This document shows, piece by piece, positions 53,501 to 64,000 of a stretch of DNA of 64,000 nt; position 1 is the first letter of the stretch; every line of letters starts with the position of its first letter. The notes below the pieces were generated by a model. It did not search any database, was not told the origin of the DNA, and saw nothing but the letters and a program-made list of their open reading frames with translations. Where the stretch lies: NCBI RefSeq assembly GCF_000150275.1, contig NW_002060947.1, positions 1,605,576-1,669,575 on the forward strand, given 5' to 3'. Both the position numbers and the translations under genes were made by a program. Source of the stretch: Trichoplax adhaerens. Lineage: Eukaryota > Animalia > Placozoa.

Positions 53501-56500
53501 TTTGATAGATTCAACCTAGTACTCAACAATATCAAAACGTTTCAGTTGCATTTCAGTTCATGTTTAAGTTCTCTACAACGAAAATATTTGATCGCGAGAG
53601 AGTGAAGGAGAGCAGTGAGATGGACGATGAACCTTATGCAATACAGGATATTATTTTATGTATGAACAGTCGTACACTCGTAGTATCAGGAGCCGCTGGT
53701 TATGTAATATTATACAGGTTTAACTTCAAGGAAACAACAGCGGAATTATCGGTAAGTATTTGCACACTTTTTGTTAATACATAGTACTATTTATGACGCG
53801 TAAAAATGTACTATAACTTTATACTTCAGAAGAACTTATTTCTATTTTTTATCATTTGAAATGCAGGTTATGGATGTGAGTGTAGCAGATCAAGTCAGTG
53901 ATACTGGTAACGATTGTCACATGCCTATGAGGGCTGACACCGATACAAGTAATATTTTACACCTGGCTAAGTTGAGATCAGGTCCGATAAAACAGTCTCC
54001 TGGTTTTCAAGCAGACTTGATCTGTCGTAATGCTCAACCTGGTAGTGATATGGAAAATCCTGGTAGTAACAGCATTCTTTCCTTATGTTATAGTTCAGGA
54101 TTTGGCATGTAAGTTACTAATATCACTTTTCTTTAGTAGATATATATAAATCTATTAACTTTTGCCAATCTTTTGCTGCAGAATGGCATTCTCTAATATT
54201 AAAGGGTTAATAATTATCGATACAGTTCAAAAGCATTGCGTAATGTCTGTTAGAACTGTTGATGTTTATGGTAAGTGTTTGATTGCTTTTAATTATTCTA
54301 TGTCTTACTTTTTAACTTATACTTAACTTAATTTTCGTTTTATTATAATAATAATTAGCATTAGCAGATAATTCCCAACTTCCTAAAACTCCTAAACCGG
54401 GAAGTTTTCATGTCCGAGATCAAAGTGACCCAGATTCGCCTGTATTTTCTGGTTCATCTCATGTTAAAGCTGGTGAATCTCCGCCTCCTTCAGCCGGCTT
54501 ATCGAATGGAAGCGCAAGTCCCAGCACTCCAAGGAAAATGAAGTGGTCGTACGGAGGAAAAAGAGGTATGCAATCATGTCCTAGGGTTAGCTTTATATAT
54601 CCATGTAATTAGGAAACGCTAAAGTCTCACTTTTGGGATGAATATTGCTTTTAGTTAGTGGTAAAAGCCAATCAAATCCATCGATTGAAACAGATAATGA
54701 AGATTTAAGCTTAAGATCACGCAGTTCAAGCTTATGTAGTGTTGATAGGGAAGGCAATAATAAGGAAACTGTTCGTTACTTAAATCTGTTGGAAACCTAT
54801 GCACGCAAAGGAGGTATGATTATTAGTAGCTGATGATAAGCTAATTCTTTATGATAATAATAGTTATTATTATCAGGTGTTGTATTAAGTTGGTGAGTTT
54901 TCATAAAAATCTATCATATTATATGTTAGACGCAACTGCTACTGCATCTCTATGGATCGGAACTAGTTCCGGAAGCATTCTTGTTATTATTCTCAACTTA
55001 CCTCCTACTGGCGTAGAACGAGTGAAACAGCCTGTGATAATCTCCCCTAGTGGTCACTATCTTTTTAAATTGGTTTAAAAATTTTAGATATAGCTGTTGG
55101 ATTTTAATTGATTTTTATTTTTTAAATAAATAGGTACTGCTCTAAGGGACAAGGGCAAAATTATCTCGATATCAATCTTTGATAGGAATCGACGATCTGT
55201 TGAAGCGCCAACTGAGTACTGGGTGGATGAAAAAAGTAACTAAATTTGATTAGAACCTTTACTAGGCGTTGGATCTTTCAATGCTGGCGTTAATAAAGAT
55301 TTTTAATTCTTGTTCATCTAGAAACCTCAAGAAAGAGTGCAATTGGCAGTCACAACGCTAATGATTTAGACGACGTTCATATAGCTGTAATATGCACAGA
55401 GAGTCAAATCAAGGTTACAATTCGTTTTGAGTTAACACTTCTGCGATAATCCTTGAATTCGATTCGATTAATAATTGTATTTATGTTCATATTAACAAAT
55501 GATGTACCTTATAAATATATATTTTGTAGTGAATTGACATATTAATTGCTTAGTAATTCTGAATGATACAATAAGATTGTATTTACATGTTTTTGTTTCA
55601 GATTATGAAATTACCTCAGCAGACAATTATTAGTAAACCTAAGCAACTAGAAGGCGCCAGCTTAGTTAAAACATCGTTGGTATTTGTAAAAGGAAAAAGC
55701 AAGTATCTCGTTTTCTGAGCCAAGTCTAATATATGCATCAATCATTACTGCGATTATATCATGTAAACATTTTAACTGCTTTAATATGTGTTATAGAGGA
55801 ATCTTGCCTCGCTTGTGTGAGCTCTGCAGGCGTGATTTATGTCTATAGTCTCCCAACCTTAAGACTGCTAATGGAAGGGCAGTGTTTTCCCAATACAGAC
55901 GATAGGTTAGTTGAAACGCTTTTAACATAAAGATATAAAGATTTTTGAATGATAACCATAGTAATTACTTCGTAGATTGATGAAAACATTTTCATGGAAC
56001 AAAGACGGACAAGTGATTTTTATGTCTTCTCCCTCAGAAATTCAGAAATTAGCTACTATTAGAAACGAATGGTAAACCATTCATAATAAATACTTCTGCT
56101 TGCTGTAGTACTTTGTTGTAAAGAAATAATGATGATAATGTACTTTTGGTTAGTTTAAGAACCGGTAGTTACTTAGGAAGTCCATTTGTGGTGAAAGATA
56201 TGCCTGAAAAACCATCTAAAGGGTTAATTGCTATGTTTCGGCAAGCTAATCCTGAAGTCGACAGAAAAAAGCTATGTTAGTACTTACTATACTCGACTGC
56301 AATTAGAATATATTTTTAAGTAGATAAATTTATAATTGCATTTCTATGTATATGTATGACGTGTATATACATATGCAATGCTCTATTTAATTGTCAATAT
56401 CATCCAATCAGTTGGTACTACAACCGAAAGAGGTAGTCGTGTTGCCAAGAAAGTTACTGATATGGGTAACATAGATACAATCCAGCAGTCCAGTTTTGGT

Positions 56501-56740
56501 GTTGCAGCTATGATGAGTAAAACAAAAGAGGTTTGATCTTAGTACTGTCAATCACCATTGTATGTCTTTTAGGGTATAAACGTTTTATATTCAAATACTG
56601 TATAGGCTGCAATTCAGCGTGGTGAAAAATTAAACGAATTATCCCATAAGGTGGAAATGATGAATAGCAAGGCCATCGATTTCGCAACTAGCGCACAAAT
56701 GATTCATCACAAATATAAAGAGAAGCATAAATTGTTTTAA
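44516..56740 (+). CDS. STXBP5: Tomosyn / syntaxin-binding protein 5 (Lgl-type WD40 propellers plus C-terminal R-SNARE motif), 27 exons
   Basis: Exon 1 is 44516-44650. Exon 2 (~46698-46795) encodes [30 protein letters not shown], and the remaining exons run from ~49954 to 56740. Motifs [68 protein letters not shown] and YSLPTLRLL. The terminal R-SNARE motif [12 protein letters not shown]...KYKEK separates it from Lgl. Confidence 0.95.
48253..48385. repeat. (TACTG)n pentamer tract in tomosyn intron 2
   Basis: GTACTGTACTGTACTGTACTGTACTGTACTGTAC at ~48281-48314. Confidence 0.85.
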
Positions 56741-59204
56741 GGTGTAATTCGTAGATATTAGAATATCATTACATCTGGCCCAGCCATAATATAATATTCG
56801 GTTACATTTAAGTAATTTATTGTTAGATATTGCAGTAATGCTAACTACTGCTGCAATAACTAAATCTTGAACTTTTAACCGACTCTATGGTATTTGATAT
56901 TTTAATAAGTGTAAACGATTTCGAAGAAGCTGCTTTAATCAATGACCAAACATCATTACTGTTTTACCGTTGTTAGAAACAACTGTATAAAAATTTGGCT
57001 ATGGTATCGATAACGTTTGATGTATATTAACAAGCTATTCCACAATGTATTATCATGTTTATATGCATAATCTTATTCTGAAAATTATCCTATTGCGAAC
57101 TATTGTGAATAGAAAAGGAAAGTAGTACTACGAAGTAAGCTATCGAATTTATAGTTTATTTCGGAATCCTTTATAATATAGTACAGTGCTAGGTTAAGGT
57201 AGTTTTAGTTAACACGTGTAATGATCGACTTCTCTAACTTTATTGTCAAACCATATTTTTAACACCACAAGATAGATGAATTAGTGCATAATTATGGCAT
57301 ACAGAACAATTTACTGGCTAGTTATTTTGATGCAACATAACTTATGTTATAGTGATATCAGTTTTATGAGATCTACGTACATCTTAGATAATACTTATTT
57401 TAGGTTGGAATTGTTAGTTGTAACTTGTAAGCACAGTATAATAGGAAGTATCGTATAATAGTTATATTGAGGTAACTCTTAGTAGTTCACGACACATTGC
57501 AGGCTTATTAAAAGGGAAAGTAGAGGATAATTTCTTAGTTTTATTCTACGATATATTTATAATTATAATAGTCTGTATAATGCATAGGGCATTATTCTAT
57601 TACACAACTTATTCTGTCACTATCATCGGTCATATTTCATTATTTGTTAGATGATTTACAATTATTATTTATTGCTATATTCGTACAAAAATGTTACTAA
57701 GAGAATTTCTATTCTATTCATATTAATGTATCGATGATATCTAGTTGCAACGAATCATATTTCAATTCATTATACATATCACATCGTCATTGTTTTGATG
57801 TTTACTGGTGATATACGTGCAGTCAAAGTTATTGTCCCTTTCTTGTTTTCGTCTATATGCATTTTTATGCAGATAGTACGATAGCATAATGATGAATACT
57901 TCTATGTAATATACGTAGTTTTGAAATTACACTATTAGATACGATTTGCTACCTTTATGTGACATTATGGTATCTGATGATATCTTATGATATTTTATAC
58001 AACGTATTATATCATTTATTTAATTTGGTTTATCGCATTAGCATATTTGTATAAATGAATTGTAAATTAACAGCATTACCGACTTCTTATATTGATTATA
58101 ATATCTATAGTAGATGTTATTATGCACCAATAGCGGATAAAATCACATTGTATTACGTACAGTATGGACTACATCGTACATTAATATTTACTATAATAAG
58201 CTGCAGCATCACATGTACGATTTATACTCGTAGTCTCATACTTAAATGAGGTGGCTGTGACCTTAGTTGTTAGAGCTATACTGAGTCATGGCTGATTGAC
58301 GATGTAATGGTTATGATTGTTTACAACAGTATGCTAATATATGTAAAACTCGTACTCGTTACTTTAGCAGTATTGAATAATAAAACTATGCCTTCGCGTG
58401 AGGGAGGTAAATCGTCCATTTTATATTACGGTATTTTGATTTGATGGTGTTATATAACATTTATGTACTGTACAGTACAGTATAAATGCCAGCTCATGTG
58501 GTATGCAAACGAGTATAGCTAGAAAATTTTTGTTTTCGCTCAACTATGTCTTTCATCTACTGTACTTGTACAACTATACCTACATCCGCTTATAATCAAG
58601 AACAAAACATTTATATCGACACTGGCATGACTATGATATAATTTATTATATGGGTGTACATTTAATCTTCTTCCATGTAGCGAAAAAGGCAACCGTGTTC
58701 CGAATAGTAAGACGGTGATGCCTTTCCGTCATTAACACATCTAATCTTGAAGACAAACGAAAGCCGATCGATAGTATAGTTTACGTCTATAAATTTTTTA
58801 TTAATACTTGTATACAGGCCAATAAATTATGAACGAGTCAATAAACGACTGCGTACAAATACATCCCAGTCATAGTCATAAATTACATTCGAAGCACCTT
58901 CGATCGATGATATTTCACCAGTTTAATTTATTTTGCTTTGTAGAGTCAACAATTCAGATTGATTTATAATATAAATAAGGCACCGTACACTGTTCTGTAC
59001 AACTTTTAAAGATTGATTTGGAATATGTACAAAATTTGTCTAATTGTAAATATTGGCTTGCACCCTCGATTCAATGATCGAAAAAAATTACGCTAACTAT
59101 TGCATCTACAGTACGGTAATATATTGCAGAAAATATACACAGTATACAAATATCAAAAATTGTTATCGCTTAAATTGGTGTTTCGATAATCCCATCGAGT
59201 GGTT

Positions 59205-62200
59205 TCAAGAGAAATGGCCACGATTACTAACATACGTGAAATTCATATATTTTCTAGTGATGTATTCACTTTTGTTTTCGCTAGAAAAATCAAAATTACT
59301 CACTTCTTGTATTGCTTGCGCATCAAAATTACGAGTATCGCCTTCTGTATCAAATGTAGGTTTTATTGGAGCTTCTAATTCTCGTATAGTGTCAAAGTCT
59401 ATTTTTTTAAATAAGCCATGTTCTTTAATTTCAGGTATTGTTAATCGATATTCTTTGTCGCAAATTAGCTTCTGAATTAGTTCTTTGCATTGGTCTGAGG
59501 CTTTCTTCGGCGGAAATTCCAAAGTTTGACGCCAATTTCTTATCTGTATATATGTAGCATATGCATAAAAAAGCAATATCATAAGATTTACGATATCAAC
59601 ATTTTATATAGTACATCGTTTCTAATTATTGATGACATTAGCTAACAGACATGATTGAGCAGCAATTGCCTTTTAATTAATTTAACACAGGTGCACTATT
59701 ATAGGCTTACATTTGCTGGCACTTCTTCTACATTTTTGCTATAAAATGGCGGTTTACCATAAACCATTTCGTATAATATTACACCGATACTCCAAATGTC
59801 ACAAGCACGGGAGATTTCTTGTGCTTGTAAAACTTCGGGAGCAATGTAATTTGGCGTACCTACAACACTATGATAGCGGTGATAGGATTTTTTGCCTTGA
59901 TTTTGGGCATTAAAATTGCGACCCTGCGGGCTATCGTCGTTACCAAGATATTTGTAACTTGATGCCAATCCAAAATCAGCGACTTTGATATGACCACGAC
60001 CGTCGATCAGTACGTTGTCAGGTTTAATATCACGATGTACAAAACCACAGCTATGAATCCATTCCACAGCATTTACTAATTCGGCAATATAAAATATGGC
60101 CGTCTCTTCTTTGAACACTCCTTCCTTAATAAGTAAATTGAGTAAATCTCCACCTACCATATACTCCATAATGAAGAATAAATTTTTGGAATCTTGGAAG
60201 CAACATTCCATTTTCACAATCCACGGTTGACAATCTTCAGCAGCAATCATAATATCACGCTCGATACGAATTCGTTGTAATTCCTTTTCGTTGATAACGT
60301 TGTCTTTCTTGATCGCTTTCATAGCAAAGTGTTTTTTATTGCTTTTATGCTGAACTAAATAGACTTGGCCATAAGCACCGCAACCAAGACCAGAAATTAC
60401 TATAAAATTATCCATGGTAACTTTAGATCGTTTGCCTCGCAGTAGGTTGGTTTCATGTTGCAATAATGCTTTTCGGAACTGTGATTTGTCTTTTTCTGCA
60501 AGAGTACTTTTTTCCAATTCTTCTTCAAGTTTTTGTTGTCTCTTTTCACGTTCATCTTTGTACATAAGGGTTTTACGATACATTGTCTCTAAGTATTTTT
60601 TGGTTACATCTGGAGGGAAGTTAAATCTTCCTCTTAATTTCTTAGCGTGTGCTGGTGATTGCGGCACCAATGTACGAGTACTATCATCATTCGGTGGCAT
60701 TTGGCTAACTTCACAACCATTCATCATTTGTTCATAGACATCGTTGAAAGTCTGCACAGAATCGTGTAAATAACAATTCGTTAACCTTTATGGACGAATA
60801 CAGTGATTACAGTACAACAAGTTGGAACAGATAAACTGTACGTTACAGACAGCTAGTATAATTTTTTAAAGGATCCTTTATGCCCCCTAAATTTCGATAG
60901 AGTTACAATGTTATATAACGAAATTGGAGATGCTTAGTCCTATTTGGCTGCACTGAAAGACGATGCTGATGAAGCAAAATGGAGGTATCATAAAGTTGTA
61001 ATGTTGTCATCAATGACTCGGTGGCTCTGAGCAGATCGTAAATTTGAAGGTAAACTATTCTATTCTATGTTCTCACCGTCATTGCATCTTCATGCCGATA
61101 TACAGTTGTATCGCTTGCTGTCGATATTTCGTCAAAAGCCGGGTTTCTCATGCCTAATATAGTATAACGAAATATGAATTATACGCGTCAATATCATAAT
61201 TTGAATATCAACGTTTCGTCAGCCGGCCTAGAGTGGCTGATTTCGCATTATTCAAAAATTTAAGTAATAACACTATCAGTTATCAGTATCGCTGGCTAAA
61301 GTTGTAAATACTTGAAACTCTTTTTCGTTCATAAAGTTATCATAAAAAAGTCTACAATTACAAAAAATTTTATTCTACAAGGTACATACAGTATAAGCCA
61401 AACCTGTACAAACGAAGTTAAAATAGTATAGCACGAACATAAGACAATCTATTGCATTCCGCACCTTCCATAGCTGTGATTTGCAAATCTTCTTGGTATG
61501 GTCCGGTCATGTAGTTATCGCCTGGCGGTGGCATTCCATAATAAGCGTAATTTTCATTACCGGACAGCTCTTGCTGAGGAATTCTATTTTCTATTTGTAT
61601 ATATATATCCAAAGTGAAAGAAGTTGAGAATTTTGGACATGGTGTCAGAACTCATAAGAAGCACAAAAACACAATCTACTATGTTATTAATGCACGAAAA
61701 TGAACATACGATTGAGATTATGACCCCTCAGCATTGCAACATTGCCGTGCATAGTGCTAACTAATGGACGGTTATCAAACTGCGTTGGGAACGTCGTTGT
61801 ATCTGAAACATAGAGTCATCATTGATTGCATTACTTATTTATTGGAATAGTTATGAAATAAAAGCTCTTGTATCATCCATTTGACATTTTTCCTAAGCAA
61901 ATTAATGTATATCTTTTCGATCAATGGTAGTCTAACACTGTATATAGATACAATAATTTCGTGGTACAGTGCACTATTGGTATGTGTATAACTACTGTAC
62001 ATCAGCTAACAGTTTTTTTTGGTTTGTAACTTTTATTGATTGTAATCTAGTGATACATGAGCTCTAAAGGATACCTAGATGAGATGGCGGTGGCCTTCCG
62101 TTATTATCGTAGTCGAAGATAGCACTACTGTCATAGAATTGATTGTAGCCAGCTGAAAAAAGAGAATACAGTATATGTTATTAAGGTAAGAAACACTTGA

Positions 62201-62627
62201 GTAATGTCTCAGCAAGTAGTTTCAAATACAAGCAAATTGATCTTAAGGTCAACAATGCTTCAACATATCCGTTAGTACCAAGCAAAGTAATTACAGCTAA
62301 ATATCATTCGATGAAAGCTTAGCTTCTTCTGGTGGTCTTTGCATCGTAAAGTATGGCAATGATGAATCTAATATCTTGTCATAACTCACCTTCATACATG
62401 TCGGTATAAGCACTGGTATTGTCTAAATTTAAATTGTTCATGCTATAATTGATATCTCCAGCATTGACCTACAAGTAAAAATAAACAGTTATCCAATAAG
62501 ACTGGGAAGGGATTGAAAGTGTATTCTTCGCACATTATCCGAGCGGGCATGTAGTCTGTCGTCAAATTACTGTACACGTAGAATTATTGTGGGCAGTCTT
62601 GAATTGCTGTTTTATCAATTTCATCAT
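59205..62627 (-). CDS. NDR/LATS-family AGC Ser/Thr kinase, LATS-like, ~629 aa (first exon tentative)
   Basis: Exons 62627-62571 (tentative), 62468-62390, 62152-62075, 61802-61710, 61590-61465, 61153-61077, 60751-59711 and 59543-59205 are phase-consistent and total 1890 nt. MOB-binding N-terminal regulatory region (FRKALLQHETNLLRGKRSK), GCGAYG, FAMK, HRDIKPDN, DFG, activation loop HSVVGTPNYIAPEVL, DTRNFD and hydrophobic motif YMNFTY. Confidence 0.85.
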
Positions 62628-63963
62628 CAATCAAGGTAATACTGTAAGCGATTTAGCCTGTTTTGATAGTGTAACAGCTCAAATTAAAGCACCTTTCGTC
62701 AGGTATCCAGTATTGCATAGACTATTTGGCAAAGACGGTGTTTATTCAATACTACCGTCTTGGCAAATGTCGATAATACAGGCGTTGGTAGAATCATCTT
62801 TGATTTCTTGTCGTCATCATTTTTATTTGATTCAAGATGTTCATTGAACACTACCTTAGCTAGGGTATTGTCATGATTTCCTAGTTACTGGATGCATCTA
62901 CCTCCTGTCCGGGCTATTGCCTATACACGAGCTACAGAGCTCATTGGAATACCCTTTTCGCTAGTGTATTCTAATGATTTAGTTTATTATTCGATGATGC
63001 ATCTACTAAGTCAATTTCGTTGTCGTGACTGCATCATTTGCATTTTACAGTTTATCCCTTTATGTTATTCATGTCCATTTCTTCTTGCTAATAATTGTAA
63101 CGCATTGATTTGATGCATCTGTAGTACTTATGTTGATGGGATCCATCATTACAGATATTGAAGGACTACATGCTGAATAAGAAGAATGTTTTCAAGGCAA
63201 TTTCCTACTTACCGAGTCACGGAAAAGTGAGCCATCTTCGCTGTTGGCCAGGTAAGATTGGCGTACATAGTCGAAAAAGAAGACATTATTATCAATTAAA
63301 TTGCAATTCATTTTCCACATCGATTAGTCAAGCAAAGAGACCAGTCGTGGGGCAAGAAGGAAATTCTATTCTACAGTAGACAGCCGTTGAAATTACTATC
63401 CTGCAATTTCTCTTTTGTGAATGACATTGGAGTGGTAATTTTTTGCACCGTTTATAGCATCAGAAGTAGTCATGCAATTTGTGTATGGTACCATAATCTA
63501 TACGTAGGATGATTAGCGTTGCAAATACATCCATCTCCTCTTTTATCAAGGGAATTTTTTCTACATTCTTTGCCATAACTATGCACAACCATAGCGCAGT
63601 CATGATGGCAGACTAGACGCTCTCTTGATTAGGTGTCAATATGTCATCAAGTGCGTCGCGGTATTTGAAAAATTTCCTTGTAGGCCGATGTATCTATCCT
63701 ATCTATCAGAGTCTATGTTATCAATTGGTGGCGTTGTTGATTAAGTTAAATTGGTCAAGTGTAAAGAGACATTCTGGATCATTGCCAGCCAAGCAAGCAA
63801 GAGCAATGTTGATATCGCACTTGACTATGTGCTTTAACCTTGATCTTCATGAATCAGCAAGTGCGATACTATGGATGATCAACAACAGCCAGTAAAACAA
63901 GTTAGAGCAAGTTGGAGAAACATGCCACATATGGCAGATAGCAATCGGTGAAGTCCTGGATAC

Positions 63964-63993
63964 CGATAGCAGCGATAATTATCGCTGCTATCG
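63964..63993. repeat. Perfect 30-bp palindrome
   Basis: CGATAGCAGCGATAA|TTATCGCTGCTATCG. Confidence 0.9.
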
Positions 63994-64000
63994 ATTTGCT

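Noticed and set aside
59053-60737. Plus-strand ORFs overlapping the kinase, and similar antisense ORFs at 14-334, 1543-1931 and 23535-23780
   Set aside because: They are shadow ORFs opposite real coding exons, with no independent motifs.
62756-62797. Alternative first kinase exon (MILPTPVLSTFAKT|GTAGTA)
   Set aside because: It is phase-compatible but has a weaker donor than 62571|GTAATT. It cannot be excluded, so the 5' end remains uncertain.

Overview
AT-rich, intron-dense animal genomic DNA with many short (~60-150 bp) GT-AG introns. The style suggests an early-branching metazoan such as the placozoan Trichoplax, but this is inference only. Manual splicing gives nine protein-coding genes: (1) the 3' part of a divergent JIP3/JIP4 (MAPK8IP3/SPAG9)-like WD40 scaffold carrying two families of 63-aa acidic repeats (+); (2) PRPS1-like ribose-phosphate pyrophosphokinase (-); (3) a two-exon, 50-aa TOMM5 microprotein absent from the ORF track (+); (4) a single-DOMON type I membrane protein with a furin-like site (-); (5) an intronless orphan class A GPCR (+); (6) an SDR9C/RDH-like dehydrogenase (-); (7) EEF1AKMT1/N6AMT2 (-); (8) a 27-exon tomosyn/STXBP5 with one probable GC-AG intron (+); (9) a divergent LATS-like kinase with no PPxY motifs (-). 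Non-coding structure includes three unrelated minisatellite arrays and a dense E-box/CRE/E2F/YY1 motif cluster between the divergent PRPS and TOMM5 genes. There are also several foldback/inverted-repeat elements around the GPCR, local tandem duplications, and CAGTA/TACTG pentamer tracts near gene 5' ends. I found no tRNA, rRNA, CRISPR array or transposase. All homology calls are from remembered family motifs, not database searches.
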